A DNA stretch of 64,000 nt from Blastocladiella emersonii ATCC 22665 (taxonomy: Eukaryota > Fungi > Blastocladiomycota), in NCBI GenBank assembly GCA_025594325.1, contig JANHCV010000007.1, forward strand, positions 186,001 to 250,000, read 5' to 3'. Position 1 is the stretch's first letter. Each line of letters begins with the position of its first letter. Below are positions 1 to 12,909 of this stretch, in pieces. A program made the translations under genes and the position numbers. The notes under the pieces were generated by a model. The model was given only the letters and a program-made list of their open reading frames with translations, had not been told where the DNA came from and searched no databases.

Positions 1-1
1 C

Positions 2-232
2 GGCCCCGGAGGCTACGGCGAACCCGAGCGTCGTGTCGGAGATCGCGCGTGTATGTTGGCCGTCGTGAAGGCTATCGTTGACACGGCCGTTCCTGCAGCT
101 CCCGCCGCTGGTACGCAGCAGGCCGCCGCCATTCCCGGCATTGGCACGCCGCAGGCTGCTGCCGTTGATCTCCGCGTCGCTGACCCCGCTTACGGCGTCG
201 AGCACCCGAAGGCTGGTCATGGCGGCCAGTAA
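2..232 (+). CDS. Possible 3' end of a gene entering from the left edge (GPGGYGEPERR...KAGHGGQ*)
   Basis: Frame is open from nt 2 to TAA at 230-232 with coding-like codon usage. No recognisable domain. Confidence 0.35.
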   Translation, partial: GPGGYGEPERRVGDRACMLAVVKAIVDTAVPAAPAAGTQQAAAIPGIGTPQAAAVDLRVADPAYGVEHPKAGHGGQ

Positions 233-394
233 TCGCGCGGAGCGAGCGTTGGCGTGCCGAGGATGAGGTTGTTGCCGTGATTCCTCCTTCCGCTCTCCCA
301 GTTCATGTCTCGTGCGAGCATTCTGGACTGGAGTCGTATCGATATACCCTTCGTTTGTACCGCCACCCCTTGCCGGTGCCTTTGCGAGAAGTGA

Positions 395-414
395 GACGCG
401 TTGGGAAAACACGT
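395..414 (+). promoter_or_regulatory. GACGYG-N6-AAACACGT motif, distal site upstream of Rad5-like copy 1
   Basis: gacgcg ttggga aaacacgt. The 16-mer gggaaaacacgtgagc is repeated exactly at 595-610. Confidence 0.55.
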
Positions 415-586
415 GAGCTGAGGGTCGCGTTATCATAAGACCTTGAAGCAGGAGTCGTTGAGCGGGCGGAGCATGGCGCAGGAGATCAAGGTCGGGTTGG
501 GCCCGACATTGATGGACGCAACCAACCCCCTAAGCCGTGGATGCTTGGGTGCCTCAAGGTTCATGCGACTGCGGCGCGAGACATAA

Positions 587-606
587 GACGTGTCGGGAAA
601 ACACGT
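587..606 (+). promoter_or_regulatory. GACGYG-N6-AAACACGT motif, proximal site of Rad5-like copy 1
   Basis: gacgtg tcggga aaacacgt, ending 136 nt before the ATG at 742. The same motif lies at the same distance in copies 2 and 3. Confidence 0.6.
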
Positions 607-741
607 GAGCGGCGTTGGCGATCGCAACAAAGTTTGCCGTCGCTTTTTGAGAGCGGCCGGCCGCTTGCCACGATCGCTCCCGACGAGACGTGTACCCATG
701 CATCGCTGATCGGAGCTTGCGGCATTATCATCTTCAAGACT

Positions 742-3700
742 ATGCCGAGGACTTCCGCGACGAACGCGGCCGGTGGCGCTTCCGCGCCGGGCAAGCGTGC
801 TCGCGCCGCTCCCGCCACGACTGCGACTTCAGCGTCGAAACGGGCCCGGACCGCCGCGACCGACTCAGAACCTTGCAACCCTCCTACGCTCTCGGCCAGC
901 TTCCTCCAGACCGCCGACCAGCTTGAGCGCCTCGTTCTTGCTGAGCGCGCTGCTTCTGGCTGGTGGGTGCCGTACCCCGGCACCCGGACCACCGAAATGT
1001 CCGGTACCGCGCCTCAACTCGTCGACGACGACGCGCTGCTTCGGGACGGGTTCCCGTCATCCGAGCTTTGGGCTGACGTGAAGCCCGCCGCGGTCAATGA
1101 CCAGCCTGGTGCGCCAGCTCGTGAACTTTTCGCCGAAGCTTGTGACTGACCTGAAATCTGCCGCTCTTAGATCTGTTCCTTTCGTCGACCAAAGTCCAAT
1201 TCCACACGCGGCTTCCAATCGACCCTGCCCTCCTCGACAAGTCGTCGCATCGTCTCCAACGCGGTGTTGATCCGCCGGTTCTTGGCGAAGTCAAGCTCCG
1301 TCTCGAGCCACTTCTTGTCTTTGACCGCTCGCTCAGACATCGCCGTCCTAAGCAGCCTTACAAAGATACCCAGACCGTCTACTACCGCCTTCCACCGCGC
1401 GAGGAGGCCTGGACGCTCGCTGATTTCAAGACCATCAAGGTTACTGATTTTGCGCAGGCTTACACGCGGGACCCGTACTTTGACGATCAGCATCATCGCA
1501 AAGGCATTCATACGCTCTTCAAGCCTTCATGCATCCGACTCTTTACGTTTCCCGCGCTCGACGGGGATGCGGTCTTTGCTGGTCGCGACGTGGAGCCTGC
1601 TGCTTCTGCCAACATGGGACCTCGGCCCCAGATTTTTGGTGGCGCTCACGGCTGGAAGTCGCGCTGGGCCGTGCGCTCGGGCGACCTTCTCATCCCGGAT
1701 TTGGCCGAGGCGCCCGCTTTTATGCGCGAGAGTGATGTCTCCTTCGCCAGGTACTTGCGGTTTGTTGTGCGAGCCGTTCCAGACGCCAGCTATCAGGCGG
1801 TCACATCCTATCGGACGTATTCCACCTACACGCTTGACACGTATATTCGTGCTGCCGATCTCAACCTCGACTTGCGCGCCGACGTGGAGGACGCGTCGCG
1901 CGCCCTGCGCAAGATTTTCGAACTGTTCCCGTTGCCTGGCATGTCTGGCTTCAAGCTCGACTCCAACATGATCCGCATCCCTGCTTCGGATCACTTGGCG
2001 CTAACGTGGACAGACTACGAGGCTGAATCAGGTGCTGAGGGCGGCAGCGTCGAGGGCGAGCCCAGTCGCAGCGCTTTTGCAGGTCTCAACGTCCCGCTTG
2101 ACGGCAACTCCAAGCGCGTGCTTGCATGGCTCGCGATGCGCGAGTCCCATGGCATTTCGTGTACTTTGGACTTGCCTTACGTCCGGCTTGGACCTGGTGG
2201 TGTCGTTTTCAACCCACGCCTTGGCGAGTGGGCAGAGCGCAACGTCTGGGCGACTTGTGCGGACGCCTTGGATTCTCCCGTTGACTACCAACATTTCTTT
2301 GTCAAAGCGGACCTCGCTGGAAAGTACTTGCCCCCACTCCTTGCTCTGGCCAACTTGCGCCCGTGCGCGTCGCCTGAGGCAGTGGTAATCAACGAAGCGT
2401 CGGAGCGCGCCAACTACATTTCCTCGCGCGCCACGCTGTTCCTGTTCCGCGACCAGGAACTTGAAGTCGTGCGGTCCGCGCTGACTTCGGCGCTTCCCCA
2501 GTCCGCCCGATACATCCTCGTCTCCAGCGTTTCCGCTTACAAGGCTCTTACTTGGGATAGCGTGCAATCGGCCGACTTTGTGTTTGTTTCGATCGACGTA
2601 CTGCGCTCGACCGACTATCAGTCGACTGTGAGCAGCTTTGCTCAGCATGCAGTCTACCGCCGACCCCTGTCTCGCGTCGAGGCGGCAACTCTCCACGAAT
2701 TGAGCGCAGCCGAAGCCATGGAGCCAGCTTACACTTTTGCTGCAAGGCTTGTGAATCATGTTCGCCAGCTTCACGCACTTGGTCGTGCTGAATACGGCCA
2801 CGGTAGGGTCATTTTTGAGCGGACTTGGTTCCACCGCGTTGTCGTCTTTGGCTCGGAGGAAATGTTTGAGAAACCGCGTGAGCCCATCCTGGAGCCCGAG
2901 CCCAAGTTCAGCCGCATGGACTACCAGTTCGCGTATGACGACATGTCCGACGACGAGGACTACCAGGACTACATTGCCCAGACGCGTCGTGGTTGGCGCG
3001 GCAAGTATGAGCGCGAGGGGATTCGTAGGGCCATGGTGCAGGAAAGGCTTGAGGACGAGTACTCCGACTGGCGCCAGCGCACGACCAAGGCCCAGCAAGA
3101 TTACGAGCTCGCGCTCGCACGCTGGGAGTTCACGTCTGGTTTCGTACCTGGACTGCGTGGTACCTCCACCATCCACGTGTCAGCAAAGATCCCGCACGAC
3201 AAGGAAGCTTCTGCTTTCTTTGCTTGCTTTCCTCCTCGTACGGACCACCTCTCGTGGAATCAACTCTTTCAGCGGGTCTCTCTTTCCGTTGCCAATCGGG
3301 CCTATTATCCTTCCATCGAGCACTCGATTCATCACGTTCACCCAACGGCCGCCGAGATCCTCCTCGCCCACGCCGCCACCGCGGGTCCGATTCCGCTGAC
3401 CATCCGCGAGTTTCTCAAGGGCTTTCAGCATCACCAGCTCGCGTTCACATCGGTCGCGCCGCTTGGCAACGTTTTGTCCGCGGCTGCAGTCGCGCAGCGA
3501 ACCCTTGACGCTGCGCCCGCAAAACTTGCTGAGCTTGAGAGCGTCGTGACCAGCTCTGTGGCGGGCCTCGAAAGCGCGCGGGCCACGGTTCATGACGCCG
3601 TTGCGCTTTTGCCCCGGCTCGCGAATGGTTCTTGGAGCACGGGCTCACCGAGGCTGACCTCGCCAACGCTGCTGCGAGCGCGTCCCAGCCCTCCAGCCGC

Positions 3701-4564
3701 GCACGACGCCCGCGCGTAGTGCCTCGCAAGGAAGTGGACCGGCTCCGCTCGCTTGTCCCGCCGGTGCAGGACTGGCACTTCCGGCTTGAGCACGCGACGC
3801 GTGTGCGCGACGCTCACATTGCTGCTGGGCCGCTGATTGCCGCTACCGCTTCGCTTTCCGATCCCGCTGCTACCGCGACGCAGCCGTGCTCTCATTGCCG
3901 TTGCGAAATCAACTTGCAGAACGATGCCTTCTTGGTCACGCCGTGTCCTCACGTTCTTTGCCTTGCTTGCTTGGACGCGAACGCTGAGCGCTGCAGCGCG
4001 TGCAGCAGCCCGATTGATTCACGGTTCGCTACGCGCCATGCCCCCGCAGCTGCTGCTGCCTCGCCTGAGCACGGCTCCAAGATCGCTGGCATCGCGTCAT
4101 TCATTGAGTCGAAGATCGGTGACGCTGCTGAGGCCACTACGCCGCCTAAGTTCGTGGTGTGGACGCAGTACGCGAGCTTCGCTTCCGCGCTTGCTCGCTC
4201 TCTCGCAGCGCTTGAGGGAACCGAGGTCATCGATGGGACCTCGACCCGCGCCGCCGCCGTCCATTCTGCCGCGCACGAGTTCCGCATTCACGCGGGACCT
4301 GCGGTTCTCGTGCTCCACGTCGACGGCCTTGCTGGGCGACCTTACCTCGGCCGCGTTACCCACGTTGTGTTCGCGCACCCGTTCACGGCCCTGACCCCGA
4401 ACGCGGCGCACGAGCCGGAGATGCGCGCCCTCGCCCTGTCCACTGATTACAACGAGCATGGTCGGCATGGTGAGCAGCCGCCCGTTAATCTTGCGCGATT
4501 TGTGGCCGCGGGCACGGTCGAGGTCGAGTTGACTGAGAAGCGAACGCGAGCTCCTTGGGCGTAG
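742..4564 (+). CDS. Rad5/Rad16-like SNF2-RING protein with degenerate ATPase motifs, copy 1 (one apparent -1 frameshift)
   Basis: Exon 1 is 742-1108, phase-1 intron 1109-1170 (gtgcgc...tgactgac...cttag), and exon 2 joins ORF 1590-3719. One base is missing near 3607-3616, after which ORF 3632-4564 carries a RING (CSHC..CPHVLCLAC..CSAC), HGSKIAGI, KFVVWTQY and RFVAAGTVE. Confidence 0.75.
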
Positions 4565-4772
4565 TGTCATGTTCAATTGTTACGTTCGAATCGAGTAGAA
4601 TACAGTCTGTTGTTTACGTTTATTGAAGTTTTCAGTTTTAGGAGCGGAGTCCCGAGCGCCAGGGCTCAAGTGCGCGCTGATCTCACAGCTTCTCTCACGC
4701 ATCAACGGGACCTTGAAGATGAACAGAATAAAATCAAAGAAAACAACAACAAATCATTAAGAACAAACTAGA

Positions 4773-7700
4773 CTACGCCCAAGGAGCCCGCGTCCGTTCC
4801 TTGGTCATCTCGACCTCGGCGGTGCCCGCGGCCACAAATCGCGCGACGTGGACGCGTCGCCCTTCCTCGCCATCGTCCGCAGTCAGCGCGAGGACCTGTA
4901 TCTCGAGCTCGCGCGCCGCGGTCAGCGTGGGCGCGATCAGCGGGTGCGCGAATACGACGTGGGTAGCACACGTAAGCGTCACTTGACTGACAAGTTCGCT
5001 TTCGGTGTGGAGAATGAGGACCGCTGGCCCACGATGCTCTTTCAAGCTGGCCGTCGCTTCCGCCAAGTCGGCCGCGTGCTTGGTCGTGCCGTCAATCACC
5101 TTGACGCGGCCCGAACTCTCGAGGACACGCGCGAGCGCGGCCGCGAGGCCCGCGTACTGCGTCCACACGACAAACTTGGTTGGCGAACGCGTGTCAACAG
5201 CCTCAGGAACAGTGGAATCAACGTACGAGGCGATCGCCAAAACTTTAGAACCATGCTCGGCGATTTCGAAAGGTCCGAGGTCGCGACGCGTAGCGAACCG
5301 CGGCTTGATGGCAAGGCGGCACGCAGCGCAATAATCGCTCGTCACGTCGTGGCAGTCAACGCACAGGACGTGGGCGCACGGCGTGATCGAAAAGGTGTCG
5401 CTCTGAAGCTCGAGCTCGACGCGGCAAAGCGCGCAGGGCAGCGTCGCACCGGCTTGGACAGAAGCAGCAGCTGCGAGCAACGGCGAAGCGGATACGTGAG
5501 CGTCGCGCCGACGAAGCGCGTCAGCGTGACGCAAGCGCCAATCGTTGACCAGCACCACAAGCGAGCGAAGGCGAGCTGCGTCGTTGGGCGACACACCGCC
5601 GACGCGAAGAGTTGGAGCGGGAGCGTTGGGTTGAATCGGCTCGGCGGCTTTGAGATCCGAATCAACCAGCCCGTCCTGCAAAACCCATCGACGGGCCGCG
5701 GGCCAGTTAGCAATAGCGTTGCGAATCGTGGCACGCGCGCTCTCGAGGCCCGCAGCGGCGGTCGCGACGGTCCGCTTGAGCTGCGCCAGCTTAGCCGGCC
5801 CCGCGTCAAGGAGGCGCTGGGCGACGGCGAAAGCAGGAAGCAACCCGTCAGCAAGTGGCGCGGCGGACGAAAAAGCAATTTGATGGTGCTGAAAGCCCTT
5901 CAAATACTCGCGCATCGTGAGCGGCGCCGAACCGACCATGGCTGCGTGGGCAAGCAGGATCTCGGCAGACGATGGGTGGATATGGTGAATCGAGTGCTCG
6001 ATTTGGGGGTATGTCGCGTAGCTGCGAGTGGCAGTAAGTGAGACGCGATCAAAGAACTGCTCCCACGTCAAGTTGTCCGTACGCGGCGGAAGACAAGAAA
6101 TTAAAGCGGCGGCATCCTCAGCGTGCAGTTGCTTGCCCGTGGCGTGGATCGTGGTGGTCCCGCGAAGCCCAGGAAGATAGGAAGGGACGAACCGCCACCG
6201 TTTGAGCGCGAGATCGCACTCCTCTCGCACCTTTTTGTTCCGGCGGCTCCAGTCACTCAGCTTGTCCTCAAACCGCTCGCGGACCATGTTATGGCGAATC
6301 GCGTCGCGTTCAAACTTGCCCCAACCGCCCCGAGGGGTAGCGTAAGTGTAGTTCCGGTACTCATCGTCGTCCGACATGCAATCGTACTCGAACTCCCAGT
6401 CGTAGCTGTTGGCGGTCGGCTCGGGTTCTTGCCAGGGCTCACGCGGCTCCTCGAACATTTCCTCGGAACCAACCACAACGACGCGGTGGAACCAGATCCG
6501 CTCAAAGACGACCGCGCCAGCACGCTGGCCGAACTCGGCCAAGCCAGCCGCGAGTATCTCCTGGAAGTAGCCCGCGAGGTCCGCGGCAAAAGCGTAGACG
6601 GGCGCCAAGGCATCATCAGGAGTCGGGAGAGCCGCCTCGACGCGGGACAAGGGCCGCTGGTAAGCATCCGCGCTCACGAGTTGACGGACGGCATTCTGGT
6701 ACTCGGTAAGGCGCACGACGTCGGTTGAGAGAATGACCAGATCAGCTGTCTGCACCTGCTCCCAGGAAAGCTCCTGGTAGTCGGCCAAGGTCCGCACTGC
6801 AGCGAACTTGGCCGAGGCGGGGAGCGCGGCATTCGCAGCTTGACAAACTTGATTGAAGTTGTCAGCGCAGCACACGAGCAAAGTGGCGCGCGAACGGACG
6901 TAGTTCGCTCGATCCAGCTCGTTGTCGATAACAGCCGCTGCGTGCGACGCGCACGGCCGCACATGAGCAAGCGCAAGCAGCGGAGTGAAAGCTTCGGCCT
7001 CAAGTGACGGCAGTGCGACATATAAATGTCCAACATTGGCCACGCGCGTGTCCGAATCCTGGTCAGCCGTCCAAACGTTGCGCTCGGCCCACTCACCAAG
7101 ATGCGAGTTGTCCAAGCCGAATGTAGGGTTGAGCGCTGCGCGCAGTCAGCAATGGGGCAAGCGTCGGACTCGACTCACGCATGGCGAGCCACGCGAGCGC
7201 GCGCACGTTGTCGGCTTCAAGCGGTGTGCGGAAGTCCGCAAGCTGATTAGCGGCGTGTTCGCTCTTGACACCGGTGTCCTCATCGGAAGTTGGTTCGACC
7301 GTATGGTCAATCCAAGTTGGAGCAAAGTCCGACAGCTCCGTGATGGTGCGCGACGTGCCGGCGACCGGGAACAGCTGGGAAATCTTTGCAAGGCGTGCAG
7401 CGCACCGACGGCGTGGGCGCGGACATCACGATTGAGCAAGGCCGTGCGAAGATAAACATCGAGGGTGTAGGCGAATGGCGCCGGGCCAGCTGAAGTGGCC
7501 GGATAGCGCCCGCCTGCGACCGGCCGAACGACGATGCGCAAGTACCGCGCGAACGAAAGGTCGACCTCGCGCAGGAAAGCGGGGGCCTTGGTAAAGTTTG
7601 GCACTACCAAATGACCATCGCGAACAGCCCAGCGTGGCGACCAATCGGACGCACCAAACATTTGAGGTTCGAGGTCAGAGTCGGCGAGCTCAGCAGGCTC

Positions 7701-8573
7701 CGCGTTGCTGGCGGCGAAGGCAGCATCCCCATCGAGCGTCGGGATCGCGAAAAGCTGAATGAAAGAGGGCTTGAAGAGCTTATGAATCCCCGTGCGGTGG
7801 TGATCGTCGTCAAAGTACGGGTCGCGCGAATAAGCGTGCGCAAAATCCGTGATTTTGACCCCGCGAAGGTCAGCAAGCGTCCAAGGCTTTTCGCGCGGCG
7901 GCAAGCGGTAGTACACGGTGCCGTACCCGGCGGGGGCGTGAGCGGGGCGGCGGTGGTTGAGCAAGCGATCGAACACCAGAAGCGGTTCGAGATGCAGCGC
8001 CAGCTCGCCAAGGATCGGTAGCGTCGCATCGGGCTTGAGATTCATTCGCTCGTCAAGCAGCGCGGGATCAATCGGAAGCCGCGAAAAGAGGCCGATTTTG
8101 GACGAGGAAAGAAACAGGTCTACAGCACCAAAGGCCGTAATTTAGTGTTCTTCCCACTCGTAACACGCAAACTAAGTGGTACCAGGCTGGTCGTTAGCAG
8201 TGGGGGTGGCGTCGGCCCACAGCTCGCTGGACGGGAATCCGCCCTCAAGCAGCGCGTCCTCGTCGGCGAGTTGAGTCACGTCCAGATCGTGCTGGGTAAA
8301 GATCTCGCACTGGCGGCGAGTGCCAGGGAACGGGATCCACCAGCCCGAGGCAGCGCGCTCAGCAAGGATGCGGCGCTCGAGCTGCTTGGCGGTCTGCGGC
8401 ACGCTGATAGGGACCAAAGGATACGGCTCATCGACGGAAAGTGGAGCGTCAGCTGGAGTAGTGTCAGAGGAAGAAGTCTTTGCCCGTTTGGCCGAGGCGG
8501 AAGCTGTGGTGGGGGTGGCGCGAGCGCGCTTGGCACCGCCCGAAGACTTTTTCTTCGCAACAGTCCTTGGCAT
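4773..8573 (-). pseudogene. Rad5/Rad16-like SNF2-RING protein, copy 2 (-1 and about -17 nt lesions)
   Basis: Exon 1 is 8573-8183 and the intron is 8182-8120. Homology to the paralogues switches frame at the A-run 7385-7387. A 17-nt deletion at about 7110 removes PGGVVF. ORF 4773-7115 carries the rest, including the RING. Confidence 0.7.
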
Positions 8574-8704
8574 GGTTCGAAGGACGATAATGCCGCAAGT
8601 TAGACTCGACGATACATGGGTGTGCGATGCTTCGGGGAGCGAACGGACGACGCCTCGCTGCCTCGGCTGCGATCAGCCAAGGCGGATCGGTCCCGCAGTC
8701 GGTC

Positions 8705-8724
8705 ACGTGTTTGTTCGTCGCGTC
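8705..8724 (-). promoter_or_regulatory. GACGYG-N6-AAACACGT motif upstream of Rad5-like copy 2
   Basis: Minus strand gacgcg acgaac aaacacgt, 132 nt from the ATG at 8573. Confidence 0.6.
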
Positions 8725-8944
8725 TCAACTGCCTCACATGTGGCGCACCTGCGGATTCGAAAGCAAACGCTGGCGGATCTCGTTTTCCGGCCTCGCATAG
8801 CTCTGAGATGTATTGGCAGCGGTCGTACTTGGCAAGGGGGAGATGCTCGCGCCCGGCAGTTCAGGTTGAAAAGCCAAACGCTTACAGCTCTCGGCTAGGG
8901 TATATTTACACTCGGAGCACCGGCTCAACAGGCAAGGGACAATC

Positions 8945-11900
8945 CTACTCCCACGGCGCCCGCGTGCGGGCCTCGGTCATCGCAACCTCGGCCGTGCCCG
9001 CCGCCACAAATCGCGAGACGTTGATCGGCCGCAGCGCGCCGAAGCTGCGGGACACGCTCAGCGCGAGAACCCGCATCTCGAGCTCACGCGCCGCGTTGAG
9101 CGTCGGAGCGATGAGCGGATGCGCGAACACGACGTGCGTCTCGTGGCCGAGCTGAGGGCTGCTGACATGGCACTCAGGGTGCAGGAAGAGGACCGCGGAA
9201 CCCAAGTGGTCGTTGAAGTCGGTCATCGCCGAGACAAAGTCGGCCGCGTGTTTGCTGATACCATCAACAAGCTTGGCTCGCGTGGACTGTTCGAGGACGT
9301 GTGCGAGCGCGACAGCAAGGCCCGCGTACTGCGTCCACACGATAAACTTGGTCGAGCGACGTGGCTCAGAAGCACTGCTCAAGGCGGACTCGATGTACGA
9401 CGCGATCGCAGAAACCCTTGAGCCAAACTCGGACTCGGCGGGCTCAGCAGAATCGTGCTCCTGCGCGTGGTGCGTCACGAAACTCGGATCAAGTGGACGG
9501 CGGCAAGCGGGTCAGCGGTCACTTGATGCGTCGTAGCACACGCTGCACAGAGCGTGCGTGCATGGTGTAATTGAGAAAGAGTCGCGCAGCACGTCAATTT
9601 CGTTGCTGCAGATCGCGCAAGGAAGCGCTGCATCGCCAGCAGCAGCGGCAAGAAGCGGGGCGGCGGCCAAGTGGGCTTCGCGGTTCTGGATCGCGTCAGC
9701 GTGCCGCAAGTGCCAGTCCTGGACGAGCACGACCAGCGAGAGTAAGCGAGCAGCATCGATGGGCTGGACACCGCAAAGGCGCACTGTTGAAGTCGCTGCA
9801 GGAGGGTCATGCGGCGCGTGGTCGGACACGGCGAGATCCGCAGCGACTAGGCCATTCTGCACGACCCAGCGGCGAGCCGCGGGCCAGTTGGCGACAGCGC
9901 CGCGGATCGTTGCACGCGCGCTTTCGAGGCCCGCAGCGGCGACTGCTACGTTTTGTTCGAGATGCGCAAGGGTGGCCGGTGAAGCATCGCAAAGCTGCTG
10001 TGCGACCACGGTAGCAGAAAGCATGCCATCATTAATCGCCGCAGCAGGGAAAGCGGCGAGTTGGTGATGCTGGAAACTCTTGAGGAACTGGCGCGTCGTG
10101 AGCGGCGCTGCGCCAGTAATCGAAGCGTGAGCAAGCAGGGTCTCAGCGGAGGACAAATGAACGGTGTGGATTGAGTGTTGGACGGTGGGATCCGAAGTTC
10201 GACCGCCGTTCATGACAAGGGCGACGTGCGGCAAGTATTGAGCCCACGGCAAACCGTCCTCGCGCGGAGAAAGACAGGCCTCGAACGCAGGAGCCTGCAT
10301 ATAGTGAGCAGTCCTGCCAGTCGCGTGGATCGTGGTGGTGCCGCGAAGCCCGGGCAAGTAACTGCACGCGAACTTCCACCGCTGGCGCGCAAGCTCGTAC
10401 TCGTCCTGCGCCTTTTTGGTGCGGATGTACCAGTCCGTCATTTCGTCTTCGAAGCGTTCCTTGACCATCTCGTGGCGGATCTCCTCGCGCTCCAGCCTGC
10501 CCCGCCAGCCGCGGCGGGTCTGGCTGGCAAAGCGCTGGTAGTCCTCGTCGTCGGACATGCAGTCGTACTCGATTTCCCAGTCGTAACGGTCAAACGTGGG
10601 CTCGGGTTCCTTGGCGGGCTCCAAGGGCTGAGTAAACATTTCCTCCGAGCCGAAGACGATCACGCGGTGGAACCAAGTGCGCTCGAACACGACCTTGCCG
10701 CATCGCTGGCCATACTTGGCTCGAACAGCCTCAAGAAGCTCCTGGACGTATCCCGCGAGATCCGAAGCAAATGCGTAGATCGATGCCAAGTCCTTATCGG
10801 CTCTCTCTTCGTCAAAGGAAGCCGCCTCGACGTGGGATAGTGGACAGCGGTACGTTGACGATTTGACAAGTTTGTACACGACAGCCTGATATTCGCGGGA
10901 GCGGACAAAGTCAGTTGAGAGGATCACCAAGTCGGCCAGCTGCACGTTGTCCCAAGAAAGCTCCTGGTAATCGGCGAAACTCTTGACCGCGACGACAACA
11001 CTGGACTCGGGAAGCGTCGCGCGGGCCTGATCGTAAACCGCGTCAAAGTCATTGGCGCGGCAGACAATGAGCGTAGCGCGCGATGGAACATAGCGAGCGC
11101 GATCCACCTCGCTATCAAAAGCAACGGACTCGGGTGACGGGCACGGCCGTACGTGCGCAAGTGCAAGCAGCGAGACGAGGTTCTTGGCATCGAGCGACGA
11201 CACGGACAGGAAGAGGTAGTGGGTGTCAATGAGCACCTTGCTCACGTCGACGCGGTCAGTCCAAAAATCGCGCTCGGCCCACTCACCGAGATGCGGATTA
11301 TACACGACGCCGCCGGGTCCAAGGCGAATGTACGGCTGAGTGTCGCGTACGTGGAGAGCAGCCGTGATCGGACCCGATTCGCGCATGGAGAGCCACGCAA
11401 GCGCGCGGGTGTGCTGACCGTCAAGTCGGACACGAAGATCGGCGAGAGGACCTGGTCCGCCACTCACAGCCTCATCAATCCATGTAGGCGCAAAGCTAGA
11501 CGATTGCATGATGGAATCGCCGTTGGCATCGCAGCGAGTCAACCCGGGGACCGGGAACAGCTGGAACACCTTGCGCAAGGCGTGCAAGGCGCCGGCAGTG
11601 TGGTCACGAAGATCGCGGTTGAGCGAGGCCGTGCGAAGGAAGAACACTAGCGAGTACGTAAAGGGGACCGGGCCAGGATTGAACGCTGGGTAGTTCCCGC
11701 GGGAGGTCGGATAGACAAAGCAGCGCAAGTACTTGGCGAAGGACACGTCGGCCCCGCTCAAGAACGCCAGAGGCTTGTTGAAGCTGGGCACAACGAGGTC
11801 ACCCGATTGCACTGCCCAGCGCGGGATCCAGTCGCCCGCACCGAGTACGTGCGGCTCAGGACCCGAGTCGGCCACAATATCGGGCTCAGCGTCGCTCGCG

Positions 11901-12770
11901 GCAAAGAAGGCATCTCCGTCGAGCGTTGCGAGCGTGAAGAGCTGAATGAAGGAGGGTTTGAAAAGCTTGTGGATGCCGGTGCGGTGATGCTCGTCGTCAA
12001 AGTAAGGGTCGCGCGTGTAGCTCGGCGCAAAGTCCGTGAGCTTGAGGCTGTGGAGATCGGCCAGCGTCCAGGGCTCCTCGCGCGGCGGCAAACGGTAGTA
12101 CACGGTCCGGGTTTCGGCAGGAACGTGCGCCGGACGACGGTGATTGAGCGAGCGGTCGAATACCAAGAGCGGCTCGAGATGAAACATAAGCTCACCAAGA
12201 GAGGGCAGGGTCGCGTTGGAGTCGACACTTTGCTGCGAGTCAAGAAGCGCGGGATCAATGGGAAGCCGTGAGTACAGTTTGACCTCCGACGAGCCGAGGA
12301 ACAAGTCTTTACGGCCGCAAAGCTCAGGTTAGCCCGACTCTTGGATTAATCACGGAGTCGGAGCGAGCAAACGTACCGGGCTGGTCATTCACCGCGGGAT
12401 TCGCGTCGACCCAGAGTTCGGTGGACGGGAACCCGTCCTGAAGCAGCGCGTCCTCGTCATCGAGCTGAGTTGCGGCGAGAAGCTTCGGCGCGACCGTTTT
12501 GTCCGCGATCCTCACGTTCGGGTACGGCAGCCACCAGCCCGACGCCGCGCGCTCAGCGTGGATGCGGCGTTCAAGCTGTTCGGCAGTCTGCGGGACGCTG
12601 ATTGGGGACACGGGCGGCGGCTCGTCGACGGGGAGGGGTACGTGAGCTGAAGCAGACCGCGCAGCGCCCCTGGCTCGCTTGGGAGCAGGGGTCCCAGACG
12701 CGGCGGCGCCAGCGCGCTTGGCGGGCGTCGCGACGCCGGCGGCCGATTTCTTTGATGAACCTCTTGGCAT
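8945..12770 (-). pseudogene. Rad5/Rad16-like SNF2-RING protein, copy 3 (single in-frame TGA in the RING)
   Basis: Exon 1 is 12770-12377 and the intron is 12376-12307 (gtacgt..gctaac..aag). ORFs 9512-12304 and 8945-9478 are in the same frame, separated only by TGA at 9514-9512 (DR*PAC versus CSAC/CAAC/CPAC in the paralogues). Confidence 0.7.
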
Positions 12771-12909
12771 GGTCGAATTGACGATAATGCCGCAAGTTTC
12801 AGTCAGCGATGCATGGGTGTGGGGTCCGTGCACGGGAGCTCCAGTCGCCGGCGCGCAGCTTGAGACCGCAATGAAGGCCGTGAGTCAGCAGCGCTCGAGT
12901 CCCAGCCCG

